Below, piece by piece: positions 18,006-28,850 of a stretch of DNA of 64,000 bases. This stretch comes from a virus (taxonomy: Duplodnaviria; Caudoviricetes): positions 35,697 to 99,696 of the IMG/VR virus record IMGVR_UViG_3300028833_000108. One strand, given 5' to 3'. Within the stretch, counting starts at the first letter, position 1. Each line of letters begins with the position of its first letter. The notes beneath the pieces were generated by a model. That model had not been told where the DNA came from. It worked only from the letters and a program-made list of their open reading frames with translations, and searched no databases. Made by a program: the position numbers and the translations under genes.

Positions 18006-19397
18006 ATGGCCGCTAGGTTGGAACTATATAAATACACTGGTAAAGACGGAGACTTTGGTACACATGTGGAAAGCCTTGGTCTCAAGCGTATTGATACATG
18101 TGTCCCGTCTGTTTATTCAGACGAACATCTGAATGGTGACACAAAGCCGTCGGATGACGCAAGTGATTGTGCAACATATTGCATTTACAGGCCAGATGAC
18201 CCTGAGTGCAAGGCATATTCTTTCGAGTGTGTTTTCAAGCTCATGTTGAAAGACCCGCCCGACGTTCAGTTGAGCAACGTTCGCCTGTATCCAGTCGGAC
18301 CTCGACCCGAGGAACCTGATACTGCTAGGCTGTACATAGGAAACTCTGTGGAATATCACCAGCCGACTAACACCAAGTCTGTAATTGCCGTGAACGATAT
18401 TTGGGATTACAGCAAAGACCATCCGTTCTACTTGACGGTTGCTGGAAACAGCGGCCAGATGCTGGACTATCGTTTGACAAACACTTCGTACAATGTCGAG
18501 TGGAAGGACTACGGTTTCGGCAACGTGATGGTTATGAACGGGGTTCGTCAGCCGATGATACCTATTCCGAACAAGCAGGATGGCACCCCAGTGAAGGTGA
18601 CGTTCTTTAACCACACGTTCATGCCGACCGAGGCTGACTTTATCAGGTTCGTTGACCCTGATACTGGCATCGACATTACCGACGACGAAGAATTTGTCAT
18701 AGACCGTGGTGTGGCCGAGAACAATGTGCAGTATTTGACTATTGCTGTGGACATGAAGTTCATGTTGGCCCATCCGAAGGGCATCATCTACCATATTCCG
18801 CAGTTCCCGCCTACGACAGGTTACTTTATCTCATGGGCATTGCTGCCTTCTCAGGCCGAACCTGGTGGCAAGGTCACGGACAAATTGGTGGAAACGGTTG
18901 ATGTACAGGTGAAGTGTGGCCCTCATGGTCATCCTGAATACTACCTGAACGGAGCTAGGAAGCCTATGCTGACCCTTGCTCCTGGTGTAATCTACCATTT
19001 CATCAACCATGACGGCTCTCGCTTCCCGATGAGGTTCATCAAGGATTGCCGCATCCCGAACGCAGCTGATGTGAATAACATAGTGGTTGACGGCGTGACT
19101 GTCCTCAATGGCGGTACAGACCAAGAGGAAATCTTTGTTGACCCAGAAATCACCTTGAAGCATGGCGCCTGCATAAATGCATATGAGGCTGTCTGTGAGA
19201 TGAATGTGGGAAATTCCGCCTTCGTTCACCCTATCTGCATGGTCGGAAACTACAATATTTGCCGTCCGATGGGCTCGATTTACAACCCGATGCTGGCCGG
19301 AGAGACCGATTACGTCTACTTGCAGCTAGAAATTGACGGAAAGACCAAGCCTGGGTACTGTGTACCCGACATTAAGATTGAATATGATGAAAATTAA
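18006..19397 (+). CDS. Virion structural protein
   Basis: YYLNGARKPMLTLAPGVIYHF resembles beta-sandwich modules of T4-like virion proteins. C-terminus GETDYVYLQL...YDEN. Confidence 0.5.
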   Translation: MAARLELYKYTGKDGDFGTHVESLGLKRIDTCVPSVYSDEHLNGDTKPSDDASDCATYCIYRPDDPECKAYSFECVFKLMLKDPPDVQLSNVRLYPVGPRPEEPDTARLYIGNSVEYHQPTNTKSVIAVNDIWDYSKDHPFYLTVAGNSGQMLDYRLTNTSYNVEWKDYGFGNVMVMNGVRQPMIPIPNKQDGTPVKVTFFNHTFMPTEADFIRFVDPDTGIDITDDEEFVIDRGVAENNVQYLTIAVDMKFMLAHPKGIIYHIPQFPPTTGYFISWALLPSQAEPGGKVTDKLVETVDVQVKCGPHGHPEYYLNGARKPMLTLAPGVIYHFINHDGSRFPMRFIKDCRIPNAADVNNIVVDGVTVLNGGTDQEEIFVDPEITLKHGACINAYEAVCEMNVGNSAFVHPICMVGNYNICRPMGSIYNPMLAGETDYVYLQLEIDGKTKPGYCVPDIKIEYDEN

Positions 19398-19419
19398 TTT
19401 TTAACAGTTGATTAAATCC

Positions 19420-19428
19420 TATAAACTA
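19420..19428 (+). promoter_or_regulatory. Late-promoter motif TATAAACTA
   Basis: Exact motif. Confidence 0.75.
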
Positions 19429-19460
19429 TGTGTATAATGAATCGTTTTACGAGGAAGAAA

Positions 19461-20954
19461 ATGTCTAACGAAAAAGAACAAAAACCAACGGTGCTTGAAG
19501 CAAATCTCGCTTTCGATGCTTCGCCCGCTCTTTTTGAGTCAATTATGGCTGAAGGTCCCATCAAGTACGGACTGGACGACGACGGTATCGACATGATTAC
19601 TACCCCAGAAGGTGATGAGGTTGTAGACCCTCGTTCCATCATGGATGTTAATGTCAATGCTCCTGTTCAGTCTGGTGCTAGGTTCAATTCAGAAATTGAC
19701 CAAATTTCCCAGGAAGAAGGCGACCAATACATGAGTCAGTTCCAGGACTACATCGAGAATATCCACAAGTTGGAAATCACCGATGATGATATCGATGTTG
19801 CTGGTGCTACTATTCAGATGCTGAACAATACTCGACAGGACGTTGCTGGTTACATCCATCAACAGATTGCTGACGCAACTGCTCGTCTTAGCAAGCAGAA
19901 CGTCAACCCTGCTCAGCCTGAAGGTGTTGCAACTGACATGACTGGCGATGACCGTATCCCAAGTGAAGAAGTTCCTGGTGGTATGGACGCTGGCATGGAA
20001 GGCGGCATGGAACTCGGCGAGGAAGGTGCTCCCGACCTTGGCGATGACGGCTTGAGCGAAATTGATACCACGACCCATCTGACACCAGAGGAAGATACTG
20101 GTGATGCTGGTCTTGGCGATGTCGATATGGGTCTTGGCGACCTGGGTTCTGAACCTGCTGCTGAACCTGCTCCTGAGGCTGGCCTTGATGCTGGTGCTGA
20201 TATGGGTCTTGGCGAAGAGCCTGCTGCTCCTGCCGAAGGTGAAGGTGAAGGTGAACCTGCTTCCGAAGAAGGCGCTTCCGACGATGGTGACTACGACCCG
20301 TTTAGCGACCTAGACCTTGGCGAAGGCGAGTCCGCTGGTGAAGGTGAGCCTGCTTCCGAAGAGGAATCCGCTCCAGAAGAAGGTGCTTCCGAGGAAGAAC
20401 CCGCTCCCGTAAGCGAAGATGAAGGTTCCGGTGAAGGTTCCGATGAACCCGCTGGCGAAGCTGACGAGGGCGAGGAAAAGGACAAGAAAAGCGAACCCTT
20501 GACCGAATCGGTGTACAAGCAAAATTTTCGTGCATGCCTTGAATCTGTGATTAACACATACCAAGAGCTCTGCAAGCGTCGTGACGCTCAGGCTAAGTGT
20601 GAGGCTATCGTGAATGCGGCAAACAAGAAGATGCTTGCTGAGTCCGTTAACCAGAACAGCCTCAAGGCAAAGTGCGAATCCATCGTTGGTGCTTACCGTC
20701 AGGCAACCGCCAAGACTAAGCTGAAAGCCAAGCTGGAATCCATTGTTGGAAAGTACCGTCAGCAGAAGATGATGGCTGAATCCGTTGCCAACAGTGCTCC
20801 CGCAATGAACCAGAAGCCCGTCATGAACGAATCTGCTCGGTTTGCAAAGATGAAGGCTCAGTGCGAATCTATCGTTAACGACTTCCGTAAGGCAGAATCC
20901 ACTGCTAATACGGCAAAGGCTATTATCGATAGCTACAAGCAGAGCCTCGTTTAA
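19461..20954 (+). CDS. Highly acidic prohead core/scaffold-like protein with repeated C-terminal AK(C/L)ESIV motifs
   Basis: GAGG RBS before ATG 19461. E/D/G/A/P-rich middle region and about five repeats of A(K/Q/C)(C/L)E(S/A)(I/V). Confidence 0.5.
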   Translation: MSNEKEQKPTVLEANLAFDASPALFESIMAEGPIKYGLDDDGIDMITTPEGDEVVDPRSIMDVNVNAPVQSGARFNSEIDQISQEEGDQYMSQFQDYIENIHKLEITDDDIDVAGATIQMLNNTRQDVAGYIHQQIADATARLSKQNVNPAQPEGVATDMTGDDRIPSEEVPGGMDAGMEGGMELGEEGAPDLGDDGLSEIDTTTHLTPEEDTGDAGLGDVDMGLGDLGSEPAAEPAPEAGLDAGADMGLGEEPAAPAEGEGEGEPASEEGASDDGDYDPFSDLDLGEGESAGEGEPASEEESAPEEGASEEEPAPVSEDEGSGEGSDEPAGEADEGEEKDKKSEPLTESVYKQNFRACLESVINTYQELCKRRDAQAKCEAIVNAANKKMLAESVNQNSLKAKCESIVGAYRQATAKTKLKAKLESIVGKYRQQKMMAESVANSAPAMNQKPVMNESARFAKMKAQCESIVNDFRKAESTANTAKAIIDSYKQSLV

Positions 20955-20977
20955 TAAGGACTGCACTAAATTTCAAT

Positions 20978-21008
20978 AGACGACGGATATATGTCCGCCG
21001 TCTTTTTT
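20978..21008 (+). terminator. Rho-independent terminator
   Basis: AGACGACGGA...TCCGCCGTCT-TTTTT. Confidence 0.65.
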
Positions 21009-21032
21009 AATAGCCTGAAATTCGTACCAGAT

Positions 21033-21041
21033 TATAAACTA
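21033..21041 (+). promoter_or_regulatory. Late-promoter motif TATAAACTA
   Basis: Exact motif upstream of the baseplate operon. Confidence 0.75.
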
Positions 21042-21065
21042 TTTTTGAAATAAAGGCAGTTTATT

Positions 21066-23666
21066 ATGGCGACTAACATATCTCGTAAATACACTAATAT
21101 CTCGTATGATGACATCAGGGACAACTTGTTGACCATCTTTAAGGCTAAGGGTGGAAAGCTGGCCGATTTTAGCACGTCGTCATACGGAAGAATGATGATT
21201 GAACTTTTCTCTGGCGTGGCCGACCTCATGGCATACTACGGAGAAAGCTCGTTCAATAACGCATTCCTTGAAACTGCCTACAACACCCCAGCAATCTATG
21301 CTGGTGCTAGGATGCTTGGGTACAGCATTCGCAGACCCGTACCAGCAAAAGCGGCATTCGCCATACAGACGAAGAAGACAGGTGTTTACGGAAAGATTAA
21401 GATTTTCATCCCGATGGGAACCCAGTTCAGTATCGGAAGCAGCATCCTTACTGCCGTCACCGACTCCGAATGGGAATACGACAGAAACAACGACCCTGAT
21501 GAAACTGGCCTTTTGAAACTGATATCTGGAAACTGCGTTTGTGCAGAAGGATACTTCAAGGAAACTGTCTTTGTGTCCAACGGTACTCAGAACCAGACAT
21601 TCTATCTTGTCGATGGTGGATTTAGCGACTATTTCGGGGAAAATGACCCCAACTATTCAGAAGACCACAAGTTCGAAAGTAGGAAGAACACATTTACGAG
21701 TGTCACTACGGATGCTTCCCTTGTAGATAACTTTGATAGCACCGATGCAATCAACGGAAATATCTACTGGAGAATTTCCCGTAGAGGTTTCATTGACCCT
21801 GCGTTGGAAAACAAGGTAAACGACATCGAAGCATTTGTCGAAGGTGAAAACTCGACAACCAACTATACGGTTTTGCTTGAAACTGCAAACGACGGAAGCG
21901 TACAGGTAAGGTTTGGCGACGGTTTGAAATCCGCTATTCCTTACGGAGAAGTGAAGGTTCATTACTTCTACACAAACGGTGAACGTGGAAACCTCATCAA
22001 CGTCGTTGGAACGAAGATTAACCCGTACAAGTCCAACATCCATATTCGTAATGAATATGAGAACGAGTCCGATATCAAGCTGGATGACCTGAGCTTCGCT
22101 TTGACTAGCGACGTTAGGGGTGGCCTTGACATTGAAAGCATCGATTCTATCAAGAACAATGCTCCGTCAATCTATGCTACTTTGGATAGGTTGGTGAATA
22201 AGTTGAGCTACCAGATATTCCTCAGCAGGTATGCGGACATCAAGTATGCAACTGCATTTGGCGAAGACATTCTGAATACTAAACTTCCTGACGGAACACT
22301 TGACATCAAGTACATGAACCAAGTTAGGTTCACTGCTATCAAGGACCTTTACAGGTTGAAGGATGACAAGTATTACCCAACAGCACCTGATGAGTATTTC
22401 CTCTCTGGTTTCAAGGTTAACGGATTGATGTATATTTGGCAATACGATAACCAGAAGATGCCTGACAAGACTTGTGCATACAAGTTTAGGGATGCCATGG
22501 AAGCCGCTGTTCAGAATGTGGCTGAAGCTATGGCTCTTACCCGTGGCGGTACGGTTGCTGAAAACAAGCAGATGCTGATGAAGGCTATGCCTACTGGACA
22601 GTCGTTCCAAGACATCATTACTCTCCCGTATGTAGATACGGTATTTGGAGCAAAGGTGACCCCGTATGACTTTGTTGAGGTCGGTAGCGAAATCGACAGC
22701 ATCATGAGGGCCTTGAACCGTCGTGGAATGATTACGGTCGGAGCTGGCTACCACATGTATGTGTACCCAGTTGTTCACAACTATAATATCAAGCTGGAAC
22801 TTATCCTGTATCGTGGTAATAATTTCAGCGACATCAAGGAAAAGCTGAAATACACTGTGTACAAGTATCTCAAGGACAATACCGATTTCAAGACAGGAAT
22901 TTACAGGTCGAGGATTGCATCCTTAATCCATACTTTCCCTGAGGTCGCTGGTGTGAATGTTACCTTCGAGGCGGCCAACGACATGTACGATGGTTTGGAT
23001 TTGACCGACTTGACATGGATGGGTGATGCAACGAGCGAGTATATCACATCTGGCTCTATAAGCAAGGACGGGTTCGAAATCACGCTTGGATATACACACC
23101 ATGCTCCTGGTCATAGCTCTGTTACTGAAGACCTTACGTTCCCTGTTCCATCTCAGAATGAAATATCTAATCTCATCAGTGCATACTACAAGCAGTATCT
23201 GGCTACGACCACTGAGGGAAAATATGTTGTCAGGGACGGTATCAACGAGGATGATGTAGACAAGTTTGTTGCATATATTTGGGACCTTTTGATGCAGTCT
23301 ATGTTCAAGTCTGTGTATGCCGCATACAAGGATGCTCGTGGAACGGGCGACCTTGAACGTGCGAATAGGTATTACGACGTGATTACTGCCATCAAGGGAT
23401 GGAGCATCACGAAGGAAAACAAGTTGGAGTTCATTGATACGGACGTTATTACTTCCATGACTGAAAAAAACGGAAACGTCATGTATGACTATATCCGCTA
23501 CGGACTGGAATATGTGAAACTCGTTCGAAACATCCTCTTGTACAAGGTTGCAAAGAGCCTTATCGACAAGGATGGAAACATTACGAACTATTCAATGGAC
23601 AACGAGATTGTACAGTGCGAGATACATCCCGAGGATATCACGATTTCCTATGACAGGGAAATCTAA
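21066..23666 (+). CDS. 6: Baseplate wedge subunit (T4 gp6-like)
   Basis: YDDIRDNL, DFSTSSYGRMMIEL, AFLETA, LGYSIR, VRFGDG, GGLDIESIDSIKNNAP, DRLVNKLSY. Confidence 0.85.
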   Translation: MATNISRKYTNISYDDIRDNLLTIFKAKGGKLADFSTSSYGRMMIELFSGVADLMAYYGESSFNNAFLETAYNTPAIYAGARMLGYSIRRPVPAKAAFAIQTKKTGVYGKIKIFIPMGTQFSIGSSILTAVTDSEWEYDRNNDPDETGLLKLISGNCVCAEGYFKETVFVSNGTQNQTFYLVDGGFSDYFGENDPNYSEDHKFESRKNTFTSVTTDASLVDNFDSTDAINGNIYWRISRRGFIDPALENKVNDIEAFVEGENSTTNYTVLLETANDGSVQVRFGDGLKSAIPYGEVKVHYFYTNGERGNLINVVGTKINPYKSNIHIRNEYENESDIKLDDLSFALTSDVRGGLDIESIDSIKNNAPSIYATLDRLVNKLSYQIFLSRYADIKYATAFGEDILNTKLPDGTLDIKYMNQVRFTAIKDLYRLKDDKYYPTAPDEYFLSGFKVNGLMYIWQYDNQKMPDKTCAYKFRDAMEAAVQNVAEAMALTRGGTVAENKQMLMKAMPTGQSFQDIITLPYVDTVFGAKVTPYDFVEVGSEIDSIMRALNRRGMITVGAGYHMYVYPVVHNYNIKLELILYRGNNFSDIKEKLKYTVYKYLKDNTDFKTGIYRSRIASLIHTFPEVAGVNVTFEAANDMYDGLDLTDLTWMGDATSEYITSGSISKDGFEITLGYTHHAPGHSSVTEDLTFPVPSQNEISNLISAYYKQYLATTTEGKYVVRDGINEDDVDKFVAYIWDLLMQSMFKSVYAAYKDARGTGDLERANRYYDVITAIKGWSITKENKLEFIDTDVITSMTEKNGNVMYDYIRYGLEYVKLVRNILLYKVAKSLIDKDGNITNYSMDNEIVQCEIHPEDITISYDREI

Positions 23667-23675
23667 GGGGCGAAA

Positions 23676-26600
23676 ATGGCAAAGAATCCTATTGCAGTAA
23701 ATGATGGCGGACTTTTCCGCTTCGTAGATTTCATGAACTACGTCCCCGACTTCCTGAAGGAAGAGGAGGACGTTGTTACCCTTATGCAGTTGTTCAGCGA
23801 CTACCTGAACAACGCTTACAGGAACCTTGAAGATTCGACCAGGTTTACGTTTAACTATTTTGCGACCGAGAGTACAGCCAAGGAAATTAAGAACCGTATA
23901 GACGAGTTCGTGAAGAAGCTATCTGCATGTGACAGCAATAACCTTTATGTGTATTACTTGTCGATGCCTAGAACTAATGCCACGTACAATACGACCACAG
24001 CGTTAACTTATATCAAGAACCCCATTTACTATGAAGGTGAGTTTAGTGAAACCATTCCGCTGGATGTGTTCAAAAACATGATGAAGGGAAACAGTAATGG
24101 TGACCCTTCAAGCGATGGCGATGTTATCTATATCCAGTATAAGGACAATAGCATTTATCCGTATTACATCAACAAGGCTGACAACCTGTTGGTTCTTGAC
24201 CCGATGCGTACCTCACAGGACCCGTTCAAGAATACGCTCAACACGATGATTAACGGCGCACCCCGTGTGATTAAATTCATTCCAAAAGATGTTAGCGAAC
24301 CGATAGTATCATTTATCGGGCAAATTAACAACGCCAATGTGTACAGCATCAAGTTTGATGTCACTATTAACGAGGTGGAGAATGCTCCGTCGAAATACAG
24401 GACTGAAATAGGAACAGACACAATCGATGTGGACTTGTTCAACTACCTTGACGGCACTGATTATGTTTTCGTGGATAATGCTACTCATGCGGACATGTTC
24501 GAATGGAACGGCGATACGCCTACTGGCGTATTCTATTTCAAAGACCTGTATAACTTTGTCAATGGGGAAAATTCATACATATATCAGGCGTACAGAATAG
24601 AAAAGGTTGAGTTTATTGAGAATGAGAACAGTTCATCTCGCTCTGGCTATGGCTATTTGACACTGTCCAATGTGGTTAACCTCAATGTTGGCGATTCGTT
24701 CATTATCGAAAGTAACGAGGTTATCGGTACTAGCAACGGTCATAATGTTACTCTGGGTGGTTCGTACACGGTTCTTAACGAACCTTGCGGAAACGTTCTG
24801 AAAATCAAGTTCAGACAGACTATCGACCTAACTCCTGGTCTTTCCCGTGTAAAGCATATGACAATGCCGAATAGGCTGTACAGGTATTCATTGTCATATT
24901 CTCATCTTGGTTACGACTATTCTCGTATCACTCCGATAATCGAATGGGACCCAGAGGCATCCTTTAATGCTAATCTGGTCAAGGCAGGCGATACAGTATA
25001 TCCGTACAATACTGTTGGTAATAGGAAGATTGGTGAACTGCGTTTTGAAAACATATACAGTTTTGAAGAAGACCCGAATGACAGCAATTCTTACATCCAT
25101 GTGAAACCGAAGAATTTTGTTGATATTCCAGAGAGCATTGCAATTGAGGCTGGTGGTCACTATTATTTTGAATATCGCTATAAGGGTACGGGAGACCTGT
25201 TTGATGACAATGCGTTTGATAACGTGTTTGACCATCCTCTCGCAAGTTATTCTGTATCTGGTGGCCATTCGTATTTTAGACGACTGAAAGAAAATACTCA
25301 GTTGAAGTTCCCTGCAATAGGAACTGGGCCTCAAGACAGCATAGATATAGGGGTGGCAAAATCATTGGTAGTTGATGTGTATGCGATTGAGTCTGCAATG
25401 GGTATCTATGATGAATTTACTACGGATAATAGTGACGCTATAATGTATAGCGATGTCTGCCCTGATGCTGGTGATTTTTGCCTAATAGCGAAAATTGAAC
25501 TTGGTGAAAACGGACTTACTCGAACAGCGGTTAACGAATTGTACACCATTCAGCAAGTTACTCTGATGGACCCCGCTGGCGCAAAGTATCATGTGGTATT
25601 CGACAAGGATGTACCATTCCTTAATAAAGGAGTATATGAATTCAGCTTTTTGAAAGGCCCGAAGGATAAGTCTAGGGCTGTCCTTGGTGAAGTTGATGTT
25701 GCTACAAATACTGCAAAGTGCCGCTATCGCTACGAAGATATCTTCACTGCCGACTACTGGATGCCATCTGATGGTTCATATCTATTGAAGTGTGCATACA
25801 CCGATGAATTTGGTGTTGTAATGCACATTTCAAAATATGAGGCAGAGCATGGCTACAATACTGGTGATATGATTTACTGGCCAGATACGCAGTCTGTGTA
25901 TCGTGTGGTAAGACCTATTTCCAGTGCAGATACTAAGGATGAGGTGAAGGAAAACGGAGCCATCGTCCCTTACATGTACACTGTTGCGGACATAGCAAGA
26001 AAGCCTATATACAACGAGTACATGGAAGGTATTTTCCGTACATCTCAACTTGAATATGGCGAGACGGTTGACATTAGCCAATATGAAAAGCTGAATGATG
26101 TAATGAACAGGCTGTTCATTGAAAAGGCTGATGACAACAGGCTGATTTTCGGATGGAAGGATAGGGACTTCCTGATGAACATGTCTACATACAACACTTC
26201 TGGTAAAGCTAGGACGGGTTTCTGTGAGTTCTATACTACTTACGATGAAAACGACATCGTATTGAAGAACATGGAAAACTACTCGGTGGCCAGTACGATT
26301 CCAGGTGAAGGAATAAATCTGAAAGGCCTTTCTAATACACTGACGGTGAATTCCACTAGAATGATAGCAAATGCTATTGAGCAAGGTACGTATCTAGTGG
26401 AAGTGACAGCGGAAAAGCATAACCTACCAGACAAGTCTAAGGTTAGGGTAACAGGAGCAAAGAGCCCTTATGAGTTGTTTGACTTCAACACCCCGCTTAA
26501 TGAGTTTGATACAATTACCGTGATAGACAAGGATACATTCACGTACGTACGGCATTCCGATTACGACGAACCAACTGTTGTGACGTATGAGAAGGCTACT

Positions 26601-28850
26601 ATCACTGGATATCGTGACATCTACAATCCGATAACTCGGATAGATTACTACATCACAGACCCTGACGATGAGAAGTACAAGGCTGGCTATCTGTATGTAC
26701 ATACCGCATACCCGCATGGATATTCAATCTATACGAAGGTTACTATACTGAATGCACCTACCAATACCGAAAACGATGGATGGATTGGTGAAATTCTAGG
26801 AGAAAAGCACAAGGTCGATGTTATCGTGGATGACTACGTATATGGAATTAAGTTGGATGCTGTTCATGTTCCGATGGAAGGCAAGCAGTGGCTCCATTAC
26901 GAGACGGGCACTTCCCATTCGAACAATCAGCTAGACAACTCGTATTCTATGGTGTCTCCAGAAGATGGCGATGTGTTGAAGGTTGGTGATACGTTCTACA
27001 AGGTAGGCATCATGGATTGGACTGAACTCTCTGGTGATACCATCGAGACGCCGTTCTATCTATACACCCACCAGAACATCATGGACATTACCGCGACTAA
27101 CCCTGCTAGTGCCAAGGGTGACGATAACCTGATAGAATCGATAACGTTCGACGGAAACGATACCGTAACCGTTGTTGTACATGACAGGATGGACTTGGTT
27201 GCTAAGAAGAGCTGTGTGTACATCACTCAGGTATACCCGCTGGAATTTGATGGCCGCTACATGGTGGATACTGTGGTTACGCCACGTATGTTCACATACA
27301 AGGTCGTACCTAAGAGCATTCCTGAATTGGCTGGCCGTGCTGTAAACAACAATACGATGACCTGTACGGAAGGAAAATGGTTCAAGTACCTGGTTAGCGA
27401 AGTTATGGTGAACCGTAAGTCCGTCTATGAAATCTTCAAGTACGGTAAGGCTATTGTTGATTCCATTGCTGATAGGCCGTCTCTGAGTTACGTGGAAACC
27501 GAGATACCTCATGAATTTGAGGTTGGCACTAGAATTGTTCTGTATGCAAATGAAAAATACTATAATGCCATCGTTTCTACCGTAGTAAACGAAAAGGCGT
27601 TCCAGTACAAGTTTACTGACGGAAGTCCAGCAATCAACGTTCTCGGTGGTTATGTGTTCAAGGGTGTTTATATCCCAGAGAACAACCATATTGACGACGT
27701 TGAACCTGTTGGTGTGTACAAGCAGTACCTGAATTGCATCGATGCTGAATACGACTTTGTGGAAGGCGACATCGTGTTTGCTTATGACAATCTTCGTGAC
27801 GACATGCCGAAAAGGTATATTGTCAAGCAGGGTCTATGGACACCGTGTTCCGAAAAGCGTATCATGAAAATAAAGAAGCTGGACATCGATAGGTATCACA
27901 ACAACGAATGGGACACGGCAAGCACCGACGAGATGATTGACGAATATGTGTACCATCCATATACCTACCCAGAAGTTGAACGTATGATTGCCGAGGATTT
28001 GGATAACGGAATTTCGTCATACATCATGCCGTTCCATATCAGAAGCTACAACTTCTCCAGCCCGTATGTAGAGAACCTAGATACGACCGAACAGCCGATG
28101 CCGCAGTTCAATTCGAAGCACGACTATGCGTCTGTTGCACCTAGGTACGACATGGACGACAAGTTCAAGGGAATACCTGATATGAAGTACCCCCTTGTTG
28201 AAAAGCTCGAACGTCTAATTTATCTACGTGATGCCAAGGTTATCGACTATGACCTTATCGGCTACTTGGCAAGGTTCATGGGATATGACATTACTGATGC
28301 AAAGAACGACGTGGACGCCAACCGTATGTACGCCACGAGGGAAGCCCGTGAGGCTGCTGTGAGGGAAACCGTGTCTAACCTTCCTCAGTATTATACCTTG
28401 GGTGGAACCAGGCCTGGCATCGAAATGCTCATGGAGACTTTCGGTCTTGTCGCCGAGGTCATCACGATGTGGACTGATGTTGACCGCCCGTATGACGAAC
28501 TTATCGAAGAAGACCAAGTTAGCATCCGAGAGGACGCTGACTACGAAGATGGCAAGATAAGCAAGTGGGTTCCGACACCGCACGTCAAGGTTAAGTTCCG
28601 TAGCGATGCTAACTTCGATAACGGTGTTGTTGGTGAAGAAAAGGTCAATACCTTGATAAAGAACATCAAGTGCTTTAAGCCAATCCAGGTTGTATTCGAC
28701 GATTTCATCAAGTATCTTGACCTTCCCCACGGGAAAATATATGTTAAGAACGTATCGTTCACTAACACGGGTAAGGCCGATGTGAACATGAACTACAACA
28801 TAGATGAAACCGAAGAAACTGAGCTGTGTGGTAATATATGGGACAAATGA
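23676..28850 (+). CDS. Large baseplate wedge protein (gp7-like) with repeated T-x-x-PH(G/E) beta domains
   Basis: Follows gp6. N-terminal YVPDFLKEE and C-terminal YYTLGGTRPGIEMLM...FKPIQV are gp7/P2-gpI-like. Internal modules TAEKHNL, TAYPHGY and TEIPHEF. Confidence 0.65.
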   Translation: MAKNPIAVNDGGLFRFVDFMNYVPDFLKEEEDVVTLMQLFSDYLNNAYRNLEDSTRFTFNYFATESTAKEIKNRIDEFVKKLSACDSNNLYVYYLSMPRTNATYNTTTALTYIKNPIYYEGEFSETIPLDVFKNMMKGNSNGDPSSDGDVIYIQYKDNSIYPYYINKADNLLVLDPMRTSQDPFKNTLNTMINGAPRVIKFIPKDVSEPIVSFIGQINNANVYSIKFDVTINEVENAPSKYRTEIGTDTIDVDLFNYLDGTDYVFVDNATHADMFEWNGDTPTGVFYFKDLYNFVNGENSYIYQAYRIEKVEFIENENSSSRSGYGYLTLSNVVNLNVGDSFIIESNEVIGTSNGHNVTLGGSYTVLNEPCGNVLKIKFRQTIDLTPGLSRVKHMTMPNRLYRYSLSYSHLGYDYSRITPIIEWDPEASFNANLVKAGDTVYPYNTVGNRKIGELRFENIYSFEEDPNDSNSYIHVKPKNFVDIPESIAIEAGGHYYFEYRYKGTGDLFDDNAFDNVFDHPLASYSVSGGHSYFRRLKENTQLKFPAIGTGPQDSIDIGVAKSLVVDVYAIESAMGIYDEFTTDNSDAIMYSDVCPDAGDFCLIAKIELGENGLTRTAVNELYTIQQVTLMDPAGAKYHVVFDKDVPFLNKGVYEFSFLKGPKDKSRAVLGEVDVATNTAKCRYRYEDIFTADYWMPSDGSYLLKCAYTDEFGVVMHISKYEAEHGYNTGDMIYWPDTQSVYRVVRPISSADTKDEVKENGAIVPYMYTVADIARKPIYNEYMEGIFRTSQLEYGETVDISQYEKLNDVMNRLFIEKADDNRLIFGWKDRDFLMNMSTYNTSGKARTGFCEFYTTYDENDIVLKNMENYSVASTIPGEGINLKGLSNTLTVNSTRMIANAIEQGTYLVEVTAEKHNLPDKSKVRVTGAKSPYELFDFNTPLNEFDTITVIDKDTFTYVRHSDYDEPTVVTYEKATITGYRDIYNPITRIDYYITDPDDEKYKAGYLYVHTAYPHGYSIYTKVTILNAPTNTENDGWIGEILGEKHKVDVIVDDYVYGIKLDAVHVPMEGKQWLHYETGTSHSNNQLDNSYSMVSPEDGDVLKVGDTFYKVGIMDWTELSGDTIETPFYLYTHQNIMDITATNPASAKGDDNLIESITFDGNDTVTVVVHDRMDLVAKKSCVYITQVYPLEFDGRYMVDTVVTPRMFTYKVVPKSIPELAGRAVNNNTMTCTEGKWFKYLVSEVMVNRKSVYEIFKYGKAIVDSIADRPSLSYVETEIPHEFEVGTRIVLYANEKYYNAIVSTVVNEKAFQYKFTDGSPAINVLGGYVFKGVYIPENNHIDDVEPVGVYKQYLNCIDAEYDFVEGDIVFAYDNLRDDMPKRYIVKQGLWTPCSEKRIMKIKKLDIDRYHNNEWDTASTDEMIDEYVYHPYTYPEVERMIAEDLDNGISSYIMPFHIRSYNFSSPYVENLDTTEQPMPQFNSKHDYASVAPRYDMDDKFKGIPDMKYPLVEKLERLIYLRDAKVIDYDLIGYLARFMGYDITDAKNDVDANRMYATREAREAAVRETVSNLPQYYTLGGTRPGIEMLMETFGLVAEVITMWTDVDRPYDELIEEDQVSIREDADYEDGKISKWVPTPHVKVKFRSDANFDNGVVGEEKVNTLIKNIKCFKPIQVVFDDFIKYLDLPHGKIYVKNVSFTNTGKADVNMNYNIDETEETELCGNIWDK

